From Amoebophrya sp. A120 (Eukaryota; Protista; Dinoflagellata), in assembly GCA_905178155.1 (NCBI GenBank), contig CAJINV010000014.1, positions 1,629,984-1,693,983 of the forward strand: DNA of 64,000 nucleotides. Direction: 5' to 3'. Shown in pieces: positions 1-11,677 of this stretch. The stretch's first letter is position 1. Each line of letters opens with the position of its first letter. The translations under genes were made by a program, and so were the position numbers. The notes beneath the pieces were generated by a model, which was not told the DNA's origin, made no database searches, and was given only the letters and a program-made list of their open reading frames with translations.

Positions 1-423
1 ACGAATTTTGGAACTCCGTTGTATGAATTTTGGAAATCCGAAGTACCGAATTCAAAAAAAAAAATACCGAATTCAAAAAACATCACCATGACTCTCGCAA
101 AAACCGAAGATGATTTTTGATGAACTCGAAGGTGATTTTTGATGAACTTGGTCATGATTATTTTGATGAACCCTAAAACCTAAAGTCATGATCCACCTTC
201 CGAAAGCCATGATCCACCTTCCTGAAAGCGCCCTACGACATATCACCGATCACTTGAGTTCCAAAATTAGTACATCTGAATTCTTTGCACCGATACATAC
301 CTTGGTGACCGACAACGACCTTTCTTCTCACCACGACCGACGACGCAAATTCCGCGGAATTGGTCAAATCTGACCAATTTGAATAGTTGTGGTTTAAAGC
401 AAAACCACAACTATTCGCATTTT
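1..423 (+). repeat. Left inverted repeat (possibly truncated by the window edge)
   Basis: Matches the reverse complement of 15764-16186. Sub-repeats: TACCGAATTCAAAAAA x2, TGATTTTTGATGAACT x2 (111-126, 133-148) plus a variant, CATGATCCACCTTCC x2 (187-201, 208-222). Confidence 0.97.
381..416 (+). other. Putative YR crossover site (lox/FRT-like), left copy
   Basis: GAATAGTTGTGGTTT-AAAGCA-AAACCACAACTATTC: perfect 15-bp inverted arms and an asymmetric 6-bp spacer, at the inner edge of the repeat. Function is inferred. Confidence 0.6.
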
Positions 424-1843
424 TGATCCTCTTTTACATTTTCAACTACCAACAGTACCAGTGGCAGTGACACCTTAAAACCAAAATAACAAGAGAAACC
501 AAATCAAGATGTAGCGGTCGCCCGTACTCAACTCCCACGCTAAGGTTGAAGCGCGTTCGCATTGTGTGGACATGATTAGACGACGAAGGCAGACAGCAAA
601 AATCGGCGCGGGGCTACTGCTACAGGTTATGCGTTTGCTCTTTTTTACTTTTGTTTTCCTTCTCCATTCCCATCTGCTTTTGCATTTGCAAACACAGCTA
701 TTAATATTGTGATACTTTTGATATTGCAATTGCATTTGCAACTGAATTTGAAATTGATGAGAGCACCATCTCCGCCTCGCTGCAAAGTTTTTTTTGTACT
801 GATCAAGATCATCGGGATCGACTACTGCTACTACTACTTCTTCATGCCTCAATATGTTGATCAAAACGAAGCTCATGACTTATGACCAACGCAATCAGGT
901 ACTCCTGCATGGCGCGCGTTCTGGATGGTGCAGCTGGTGTTGGTCGTGGTGTACTTGGGCCAAATCTTCGGCGCAGTTGAACTATCTCGATGGCATGACT
1001 CGCTTCCGCTGGGATGTTGCCACGGTGTTTGCGCGTTTACTTTTCAGATGTCGGGAAGTGAGGTGGATGATGATGTAGATGAGGCGTTGTTGTCTTTAGC
1101 ACAACCTTGACGCCAAGAGTTTTTTGTTTGATGTGAGTGAGAGCACCGCCACACACTGCGACGTGGTGGTGATAGATTGCAGCGCGTGCGCGACGGCTAC
1201 CACTATATTTATTAGACTTTGAGCGCTAGCATGATCCTCTCCCTTAGACCATGGGCCCGTGAGGTATTGCTAGCGTGGTCGCGTTTATCGGTTTTTATTT
1301 GATCTCGATTTGCGTCATAGTCTTGGAGCTGTGCTGGTGTGGCTGGGGCGAGAGAGGATTTTTTGAGTGAGAGTCTGAGTCAGCGTCTACGTGTACGTCG
1401 AGCAGCATGATATTATTTCCCGTAAGCACAGCCGGAAGATGTTGTGCCGAGAGAACAGAGGATGAGGGAAGAGTCACACTGGCCTCGCACGTGTTGGCTA
1501 ATGTCGCGCGAGCTGCCGCTGCAGAGCGCAGCAGAAGAGAGCAGTAAAATCAACACAGCCAAGGAGTTGCTGGCGTCAGCTTTATGAGCGGGTAGTTTTT
1601 TAGTTGCGGCTGGTGATGTAGATTTTGGATCTTATGACGATGAGCGTGTTGCTGTGTTTGAGTGTGAGAGGAACGTGAAGATTGAGAGGTTATGCTGCCC
1701 TCAGCTGGACGCTTCGTCTCGTCAGTACTCGGCGTCTTTTCGTCGTCTACGTTTAGGCTTATGATGAACATGAGCATCAACACCAAGACCAATAGCGAGA
1801 ACTAAACGTAAAAGAATAAGCGTCAATATGTAAACGCACTACC

Positions 1844-4800
1844 ATGCCGCCCAAGAAAAAAGTCAAGCCGCCGGAGCGGCTTCTCCCTCCTGATTCTCCG
1901 AGTGCAGAAGAGGGCAACTTCCACAACGACATGGAGGAGCAGCAAAACCAAGGCGGAACTCAAATGCGAAACAACAACATCAACAACATGAGTCTGAACC
2001 TGAACATCGAGCCCAACATTCCTAACCACAACGACAACCAGAACCAGAGCCAGTACATGGCTGCGCGTTACACTTGTTGCAAACTTTTAAAAGGAGCAAA
2101 AAAATTAGCGGACGTGCTGGAGGTGCTTGACTTCGCGCAGCGTGACCTCCTCGGCTTCGAGGTCGGCGCATCTTCTTCGTCGAAGTTTCACAATTGGCAC
2201 AGGACCGCACCCCTTCCGAAAGACGAGTCCCTCAGGAAAGCGTTCGTGCGCGAGTACGGCCATTCGGAAAGTAAGGGGTCGCGCAGTGAAGTTATCCGGA
2301 TGGGGTTTTTGGAGTTGAAGAAGCGGTACGACGTTTCCCGATTGCAGCTCGCGGAGTACATCGGACTCGGCCCCGACGGCATGGTCCACGTAGAGGATGA
2401 ACTGGAGGACATCGCAGGGGAGGCTGCGGTGCGGCGAAGCATTCGAGAGGAATGGAAGGAGCACTGTCGCTGGTCATATTATGACTCGCTAAAGACAGTG
2501 GAGGAGAAGGTAAAATACATCGAGTACGTGTTGGGCTGCTCGCGGGCAACTAGCGCGAAGAAGGTATTTTTTCTAACTCTATGAGAATTGTGCTTGTGGT
2601 TGTGCATAAGCATTAGCATTAAGCATTTCAATGCCGGTGCCGGTTACTATTGTATTAGTATTTTTTTTCCATTTCCTTTTCCATTTCCATATTCTAATTC
2701 TTTTTTGCTCATGACGATCGCCATGAGGAACAGGAGCACGAACCTGTCATGCAAGTATGAGTGCGCTAAGCTGGTAGTGCCCCTCAAGCTCATGCCAGCA
2801 CAGCATGGCTCAAAACCAGAGCCCGAGCATTGACCTACGCGTACATCTTCAACATCCTTAGACTTTACGCATCCTGAGGCGATGACTCGGGCTCGCTGAA
2901 GAGCGACGAATGAGTCTGATTCTGCCGCACATCTTGCGCTGCCTTTTGGCGATGGCTCTTGCAGGCCCACACTTGGCCTGAGAGTTAGACCCAGAGATAA
3001 GCATAGAGCTCCGAGGGGCTGGGGATGGGGTCTGGCAGTGTAACTGCGCTGCCAGTCATAGATATGCAGGCCTGCATGACTCTGGTTGCGCTCCTATGGT
3101 GGATGAAACTTGAAACACAAAACGGAACGCCATCAACATCAACTTGACTCGTAATCTGAAACCTCCTCCCTAATGATAATCAGGTGGCCCTGTTGCAGCA
3201 CCTTTTCGGCTGCGCTGACGTCTACAACCACCTATCTCGATTCGATAATGCCAAGCCAACCGCCGGAGAAACGACTTCCTCGAAGAGGAGAAAAGTAGTG
3301 CAGGTAGAAAATAATGTTTCCAAGGCGAAGATCGAGGACGAGGTGGAAAAGAATAAAAAAGCGAAGGCCAAGGACCAGGATGGGCATCGAAAATTTGCCG
3401 AGCGGGCGGAGGAGAAGATGCTGCGTGCGGTCAAACTGGAAGCAAGGGATGACTTCAGCTACATCATGGGTACTACCTTATCTCCTAGATGCTCATGTTA
3501 GTTTGTATCTCACTTCGCCGCTAGTGCCGCCGTGCTACCACATCAAGGCGAGGCATGCCTTTTGTCACACATTGCGTCGCGACCCACGTATTGATACTGC
3601 GCAGTGAGGGTGCCGGTCCGCCAAAAAAGACTGGGCGTGAGTGCTCAAGTCCACGTCCACGCCCGGGTCCGCCGCTATTGCATTAGAAATATTTTGTATT
3701 GCAGCTGTGCATGCCGATGCCCATACAAATGCATATGCATGATGTCGCCTGCACTTGGATGTATGAGTGGAAGATGGTGGTGCGGTAGTGGTGGCAAAGT
3801 TGCTGGCGGTTTATTGTGTTGTAGATGCAGAGTTTGACTTTCGCTTTGGTTCTGATGCTTTCGGTGATGCAAATCTTCAACCACATCTTAGCCTACTCCT
3901 CCGCTATACGAAAAAAAAATCTATTTCGCGCTCGCAGGTGACAGCGAGGCACGCGCAGAAAGCTCCACCACGCGGATGCATCAGTTTCTGAATCCGGGGC
4001 TACAGATGGGTGCAGCGGCTAACACATCCTCATCCAGCAGTAGCAGCACTCCCTTTCCGGCCCGCCCCGCGCGGTTGCGTCCAATAGTATTTTGCCGGAT
4101 CGGGCCAGACAATACAAACTTTCGCTCCGGCGACCTGATGAGTCTAGATCTGATGATGGCGCGGGGAGTTGCGAACCCAAAGACGAAAAAGCGGACAGTG
4201 ATGTTCCGCGGCTTCGCTCCGCCGTCGATAACAAGTGATCTGGGATGGAAGCAGGTTTTAGATCGTGTGTACCTGATGACCGGCTCGCTAGTGCCGCTGC
4301 CGGGAAGCACAACCAATCAGTTTCCCGGTGACCCCGTGTCAGTCATCAATGCGATAATCGACGCTGGCCCCGACATTTTGAAGTGCTTCAGAATGTTGAA
4401 GTACTACAGTGCCGCCTGCAATCAAATACGGAAGCAGCAGATAGCGGAAGGGCGGGAGGAAGTGTACGTGGAAACGTACGTGAGTGTCTATCTCTGCATA
4501 GCGCACCAATATCATTTGTTGACCGGTGAGCTGATCAAACAGCTTGAGCAGATATACCCGGGCTTCATCGAGGGCGTCCATGCAATCGAGAAATGCGCGA
4601 CGCTCTGGTGGAATGAAAAGGGCATCAAGATCAGCAGGACGCTGGAACACCGACGGATGTCGTTGCAGCCGTCGCTGGAGAGCATGTTGGCGCAAAAGGA
4701 TCAAGTGCAAGCAGCACTGAAGGAGTTGCGCCTGGACAAGCGGAAGGACAGTACCCGCGCGACAGCTGAAAAAGGACACAATCATGGGGAGAGTGAGGAG

Positions 4801-7134
4801 TTTTGGAAGGTGTGTGAACTAGCAGCAAAAGCAGTGCAGCCCGTGCATCACGCATCCGCCCGCGTGATGCGCGACGTCCAGGTCTCCACCAGCAACATGG
4901 AGCTCAGCCAGATGTTCCGCTTGCGGGCACGCGGAACAACAAGTAGTGATCAAAAACAACTCCTCCAGAGCTTTATCCTCTCGTACCCGACCGACATCCA
5001 GGGACTGAGTTTGATCTTAGTCTCGTGCTTCCGCTTACCGCGCCGCGAAGTCCAGTTGTACGTGTTTCCGTGGTTACTGAACTGGTTCACTTCTCCTCTG
5101 CACATAAAACCAGTTGCGAAAGCCCTTCTTGCAGCTGACCTCTCCCAGCAGTGCGAATTTTTGAAGTTCATAATCGACAACTTCGGCTCTGATTTGGTTG
5201 TGGCCGCGAACACCGGCGTTATCACGGACGAGCTGTACCCGGTTATAGCGGGGAACAATGCAACAAACAGTCCGAACGCAGTCGTGCAAGAGAGCTACCA
5301 CAGCACAACGCAGAACCACCGCAACAACGCGCCGGCAATGCAGCAGTTCCGTAGCGGCGTGCGGACATGCCTTACCCGCACAGAACTGCCCGATTACGAG
5401 GAATACAAAAGTCAGATCGAGCGACGGCATGAGCAGTATGACGCGCGGCGCAACACCTGTAAGGAGTACTGGGCGGGCGAGGGGGAAAAAGATTTTTTGT
5501 TTCACGAACCTCCAGAAGGCAGTCTCCACCCGTACCTGGAAGCAGCAGCAATTGAATTCAAACGGCACCCGGATAAGAAGGAGATCAAGAAATCCGTCCG
5601 CAGTGCCAGGAACTTCAAGCTCGGCGTTCCGTTTTTTACCAATCGCGAGGAAGGCTGTGTTGATCCAGCCATTGAAGACGTTTTTGAGGAGGAGGCGCCG
5701 TCGATGTACAAGTACTTCCTCGGCGAAAAAACAACAATGTTCGACCTGGATTACTTGCAACTCGGCGACCTGGTGCAGAAGAAGATACCAGTTGCGTCGT
5801 TGGATACAAGCAGAAAGAAAGAAAAAGCGAAAGAGAAGGAGGGCTGGGATGATGTGCGGTTCGTGTACCAGCAGCGTGACATGAAGGGGAACTTGCAGAA
5901 GTGTTTTCCGATCGCGTTTACGTATGAAGGACCACAGCCCGGAAGTGCGGAATGGTTGAAGAAGTATCCGGACCCGACGTTGCGTCCGGGAGTGACAACT
6001 GTGTCTGGATTCAGCGTCGGGCGTACGACCACCGTAGCAGCAGCCCGTGCTTCTGGGCGCGCCGAGCAGCAGCAGTCAGGCGGTGCAGGAGCAAGTGGCT
6101 CTGCAGCAGCGAAAAACGGAAAGAATGGGGTTAAGAAAAAAGCACAGGGCTCGGCTCCAGGTGCTAGCGCGACCGCGCAGTCTGCGTCGAGCTCCAGTTC
6201 GGCCGCGAAGAAGGCCGCATCAGGTACAGGAGCGGACATTCCGACCAGACTACTTTACCCCGACCTCGAGGCATACGCCTTGTCGATGGACGCCACATTG
6301 ATCCGCAGTGTGAGCCATTGGTCTACGCGCAGCAACGGCGATGCGCTCGCCATGACGTCGTACCTGACGATGAGGTCCAACAAGGTGGCTCGCGCGTACT
6401 GGTACAGTAACCACGTGGTGCTCTTTGTGCAGAAAGGCGACTGGGTCGAGAAGCGTGTCCAGCGCGCAAAACTCATCTCCGCGAAAGCCATCGCTGACGT
6501 GGATGTCATGAAGATCAATCTGCGAAAGCAGCACAAAAAGGGAGAAAGAGAAACCCGGGAAGATGCTTGGTTGTCGTACAATCAAGACATCGCTGTTCCA
6601 GAACGGCGGTACAGTGAAAAGATCGGCCGCGTGTATTTTATCCTGCGACCGGAGAACGGGACGTGGCACGCGCGGATCAAGCCGGACGATTTAACGGACG
6701 ACCCGCTGATGTTGAGCTTGCCGATGGTGAACGAGGAGTGGGATGAGGAAGTTGAAGAGGAGATGGAGGAGCCGGTTGTTGTGGATGCTGATCTGGATGA
6801 GGCGGGACTCGCTGCAAGCCCAAGGGCTAAAGCGAAGGCGCAGGCGAAGAAAAAAGCAAAGCACTTTGGTGCGACTTGCAGCGGGCGGGTGATCAGCCAG
6901 GTAAGCGTGAAGGAAGCCCGGGTGCGACTAGTGAAGAAGGTTTGCAAGCGGTTGTTCGAAACCTACCCGAAGGGAAAGGTAACGGATGAGGATGAGAACC
7001 GTGCGTGGGCGCACGTGATCCCATACGTGCGATCAACGCGGAAGTACGAGAAGCTTGCGGAAGATTCTTCTAGCGATGAAGATGAGCGGGAGTATCATGA
7101 AGAAGATCGCGCGAGACAGGTGCGAGCGGCGTAG
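1844..7134 (+). CDS. Element gene A, hypothetical ~1400-aa protein; exons 1844-2563, 3184-3469, 3938-7134
   Basis: Three ORF-track segments join in frame through two GT-AG introns (phase 0: AAG|gtat...atcag|GTG; phase 1: ATGG|gtac...cgcag|GTGAC). Basic NLS-like start MPPKKK. No family recognised. Confidence 0.75.
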
Positions 7135-8001
7135 GGTGTTGTTTGTATGCCGTAAGATAGTGACAAATATACGTCTGCAACAGTTTGTCTATGTCCTATC
7201 ATTTCTGTTTGTATACAGTCCAAGACTACCTTGAAGAACTACCCCTTCTACATGTGTAACATGAAAATGAATCCATCCCATAGTGTATAGCCTTCTATGT
7301 GGCACGTAGCTGCGTTTGTATTCACAGCTTTGATTGATATCTAGATTAGCGCTTTGTATTTGTGTCTGTGCTCAGCCTTAGCCTTGTATGATTGTGCTGA
7401 GGAAATAGAAAACAAAATATGAAAAAGATGATCATCAGCTTCAACCTAGAAGCTGGAGCAGTGCTCCTGTGTTTACGTGCGGCACCTGCACTACGCGTTT
7501 GCTGTCGGTAATTTGCAAGTGTATGGCTGCGTCAGCAAATGCAAGTGTGAGAGAATGAGGTAGCGTTGTGATCAGCTGCACTCAGTCGAGAAATTGAAGA
7601 AAACTACAACACGAAGCTCGCCCCCGCAGTTCGGAAATAGCGACAAATGTATTTGCACCCAACCCATTTCACTTTGTTAATCAGCATTGAAATTCGTATG
7701 ATCTGCAGTGAGAGAAGTGAAGTTCAAAGCTCCCCCTGATGCTTTCTGGCAGACAATCTGCAGTGAAAAGCCCATCCGTGAAAAAGAAAAATGCCCAGGA
7801 TTTCAATACAAGCTCGTCCCCAAATCAGGAGAAATTCCCCTCGTGATCACTTCCCAGATCCTGCAGCACAGCCTTCTTTTCCTCTAGGTTCATCTCGAAA
7901 TTGCACAAGAAATACAAGCACATCATCAGTAAATTCAACAAAATCATGAAGAAATACACAATGATCACAACGAAAAAATGATAACTTTTCATTGAAGAAT
8001 A

Positions 8002-8202
8002 GTGAAAATTTACTTGATTTTGGCAATGTCAGAAATCCGCGAAATCGAAACTTTCTACTTTCTATCAAATATTCTTGACTTTTCCTTGATTTTTCTATTT
8101 TGCATGATGTGATTTCTAGAAAATCAAAGGAAAATCAAAGGAAAAATCGAAAGTTTCGATTTCGTTGATTTTTGCATCATCAAAAACAACTTGAATTCTT
8201 CA
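8002..8202. repeat. AT-rich imperfect palindrome at the element midpoint
   Basis: Perfect 16-bp arms CGAAATCGAAACTTTC (8040-8055) and GAAAGTTTCGATTTCG (8149-8164), with further imperfect pairing inside and outside; centre ~8102. Confidence 0.8.
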
Positions 8203-8307
8203 TATTTTTCCTGTAAATCATCATCTTTTCTTTGTTGAATTTTCCCAAACTACAGGTCGTGTGACAGTTGAGAGAGTAGTTTTCGAACCTCGCATTCCAA
8301 ACAAAAA

Positions 8308-10178
8308 ATGACGCAACCCACTCATCACGCTGATGGTGGTGTCCTGCGCCAACAGCTGGACGACATGATCAACCTCATGGAAAATGTGCCTACGCAGGCC
8401 GAAGTTGCTCAAATGCAACGGAACTGGCGCGAGGGAAACGTCACGAAAGGTACTAATGATTGTGATGCTTTTTTCTACATTGCGTCTATCGAAACACAAT
8501 GCTTTCGCTATAGTAGTAATGTATTTTCAATGTAAAATAAGCTTTTTTCTATAGAAATTTTGTTGCAAAAGTCGCGTTCTTGTATAGAAACTCATGGCAA
8601 TTCATTGTATTTTTCTTCAAAACAGCCGCATACATGCGCTTTTGTCATCGGTTTCGTGACCATCGTTTTGCCGAGGCGTACCGGATGCTGGGGTCGATGC
8701 TCGCCACCTTCACCGAATCGGAATTCAACGTCCTCCGATCGGTGCAGCATAAAAATTTTTTGCTGCAGGCCATGCGGGAAGGATCGTTTATTTTCCGGCA
8801 GGGTATTGAGACTACTTTTCCCAAATGCTTTTACACACTCGAATGCGTAATCGTTCCGGTTGCTAGTCCGCTGTTCCCCGCCGGTGGCTGCTTCATCTTC
8901 ACTTCCTCCCGCCCCCGTGTGCTGGCTTGGAAGACAATGCAGTACAACATCCCCGGCAGCACCATCTACGGCAGACGGTGGCTGTTTCCGGGCGACCAGT
9001 TTGCCGTCTCGTTCCAGCGGGTTCCGAAGAAATCTTGGTGTCCGCAGCGCATGCGCAATGCTGCGAAGCCGCGGCGAAAGGCGCGATCCTTCATCGACAC
9101 CTTGGAGTTGCTGACCAAGCAGTTCCCGATGGAGAACATCTTCGGCCCGCTTGAGACGAAGCCTAACTCCCCGGCTGCTGAAAACGAGCGCCTGCTGCGG
9201 AGCATGAGCACCATGTTGGAGGTGCAGCTGTCTGCTGCCATCGGTGTTCCTCCTTCTTCCATCACCGCGCAAAAGGGATTGCAGTACAAGAGCAACATGG
9301 GCGTCAAGAACAACATGGGCGTGCACCGCGCCCATCTGATCATGGTGAAAAGCCTAGCTCGCGACTTGATTCTTGGGCGGCATCGCTGCGTCCCCCGGGA
9401 ACAGCGGGATAGTTACGAAGCCCTAGCAACCGGAATATTTCCTGATGTAGCAGAAGAAAAATTTGACTGGATTCCAGTGCATCCCGATACCTTCAAAAAA
9501 ACAGCTGTCGTCGCGGTTTCGACGTCCAAGGGTTTGGAGGTGATTTCGGGTTGGCATCAGTGCTCCGCCGCGAAAGAGTTCTGTGTGGAGAACAGGGCTG
9601 CGTACGAACAATTGGGCTTTGCGTACTAATACAAATATTTTTTTTATACATCTTCGTATACAAAAACAAATTCGCATACAAATACAAATACTTTTTTTCA
9701 AGCAGAACCAGACACAAGTGCACTCTCATGCAAAGAGTAACTTTGGTGTGCAAGCACAAGCAGCATGTACATGCAGAGTAAGAATATGAATAGCAACCAC
9801 CTACAACAACATCAACATCAACATATACATCACAGAGCGGAGATTTTGCTGGAAGATTTTTACCAGTACCAAGAATTGGTCCAGACCTACGTGAGGCTCG
9901 CAAACGAGGGCACTGCCCATACCCTCAGTACCACGTTTGCCGAAAAGTGCCAGACCGTGTACAACCAGGTGCCGAGACAGTTTGAAGTTAATGATTTTTA
10001 TCGACAGGCTGAGCGCTATACTAATGATGACATTGGGCAATTTGTGAACCGATTTGCAGGAGGGCAGCGTGCCACGCTGGACCCGAACGATATCGAAATG
10101 TTTACTGAGCGGCCCACTATCGGGCCCGCGACAGCGCACGCAGAACAACTTATGAGAAACATGATGCGTCGCTTCTAG
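8308..10178 (+). CDS. Element gene B, hypothetical ~493-aa protein; exons 8308-8449, 8626-9622, 9836-10178
   Basis: Both introns begin GTACTAAT and end ACAG; phases 1 and 2 join ORFs 8308, 8580 and 9765 in frame. No family recognised. Confidence 0.75.
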
Positions 10179-10548
10179 GCTGTCTCAATGTCATCTGCAG
10201 CAACGAAGTAGAGACAAGCGCAACTATTCCAAGAAGCAACTTCATCTTTCACTACAGAGCTTACAGCCTCGCATTCAGAATTATCACTGTCAATACGATG
10301 TAGCGACGACGTAGATTGCGAGCACTTTGATTTGATTATGATAATGCTTATGATTTTGACTACAGTTACATTTACAGTAGCGTTTACGTAGATACTTCTG
10401 ATGGAACAGTCGCTGTCGCTTTCCAAACTTTTATTTTAGTTTGCGTATTCCTTGGGGGGCAAAGTCAAAGACATCACAACCACAACAAAGTCCTTCTGTG
10501 ATAATACAAGAACGAACGATGCCAAAGATGGTGATGAAATAGACATTG

Positions 10549-11451
10549 TTATAGCTTCAGCTTTGAAGCGGCTTCCTTTTGAAAGCTGAAGTCATTTGCG
10601 ATGTATCTTGACAATGTCTCCAGGCTGCAGTGCCCCGTAAGTGCCATAATTGTCGCAAGGGGAACGCCCTTGTTGCAAAGGTCCGTTGTTAGCGACCTTC
10701 GTGGGGTATGCGAAGTAATAAGCTCACGCGGGCAAGATTTTTTACATCGTGGCGCGAAGTCTTTTCTGACTGCGCGAATTTTTTTTTCGAAGTTCTCGTA
10801 CCCGAACGAGAACACCGGATCGTCGTCGCTCTTTTGCTTTTGAAGAAGGGCAATCATCTCCTGCAGAAACTGCTTTGTTTCTCCAGTGGGGGATATTGCG
10901 ACGTTCTTCAGCTTGCCGCGCGAGCTGTCTTGTGTGGCCAGCTTGGAGTTCCCCACTCTTACTCGATCGATCGCGAGGTCGCCTCGCGTTATCGATCGAA
11001 TATCCATGCCGCGCCTACCTGTCAAGCACTGCAGCACCCAACACAATCGAAAGTACTTCCCCGCGTTTGCTTTTCTCCCCGTGCTCTCCTGTAGTGCCTT
11101 GCCGAAGCGGGCGCAGTCCTCGATCTCAAGCGAGCCTGATCGCTCTTCCCCGTCTGATAGCAGAACGTCTTTCTCCTTCTTCTTGTGGGTAACCGACTTG
11201 ACCACGTGTTTCGTCGGTCGGCTCGCTTTCCCTACTTTTGCTTTCGCCTTCGGACTGGCCTTCCCTGTTTGTAGTGCCTTTCGCGAGCGAAGCGGTAAAG
11301 AGGCCTTCTTCATTGCACGGTCACGGAGGCGCATTGCTGTAAAATAAAACTTCTTGTTTGTCCTACCACTCCCACGCGCGCTTTTCGATTTCAGCTTCCG
11401 CTTCGCGACAGGTCGTGCGCGACTTTGGGGTTGTGCCTTTCGGGTTGGCAT
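10549..11451 (-). CDS. Tyrosine recombinase (phage integrase family), ~300 aa, intronless
   Basis: Catalytic motifs in order: LTGRRGMDI (Arg), NSK (candidate Lys), HTPRRS (HxxR), GVPLATIMALTGH (His), SLETLSRY (Tyr). Probable ATG at 11451 (MPTRKAQ); Lys/Arg-rich N-terminus. Confidence 0.93.
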   Translation of the reverse strand: MPTRKAQPQSRARPVAKRKLKSKSARGSGRTNKKFYFTAMRLRDRAMKKASLPLRSRKALQTGKASPKAKAKVGKASRPTKHVVKSVTHKKKEKDVLLSDGEERSGSLEIEDCARFGKALQESTGRKANAGKYFRLCWVLQCLTGRRGMDIRSITRGDLAIDRVRVGNSKLATQDSSRGKLKNVAISPTGETKQFLQEMIALLQKQKSDDDPVFSFGYENFEKKIRAVRKDFAPRCKKSCPRELITSHTPRRSLTTDLCNKGVPLATIMALTGHCSLETLSRYIANDFSFQKEAASKLKL

Positions 11452-11677
11452 GTTGCTCGTGCTTCCAGCCGTGAGAAGCGAGTGGGCATTTATACTTGCT
11501 TTGATGAAGGGGAAGGTTTGGCAAAGGTCTGTGTAGTGATGTCTTTGGAAGAGCAGGAATAGTTGCGATTGTAGCTGCGCCACTACACCATCACCAATAC
11601 CCTAAACTAATTCAAACAAAACTAAAACCTTCAACACGAAAATAAAAACATAACAGTTGTGGACTGAGTATTTGGAC

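Noticed and set aside
188-373. 61-aa ORF duplicated at 15814-15999
   Set aside because: It lies wholly inside the inverted repeat, and its repeated MIHLP reflects DNA sub-repeats; no coding evidence.
475-1792. Possible minus-strand gene in the left arm of the element
   Set aside because: Only short low-complexity ORFs; I could not build a phase-consistent exon chain.
11452-11583. N-terminal 44 codons of the YR ORF as given in the track
   Set aside because: They begin at a non-ATG codon; the first ATG is at 11451.
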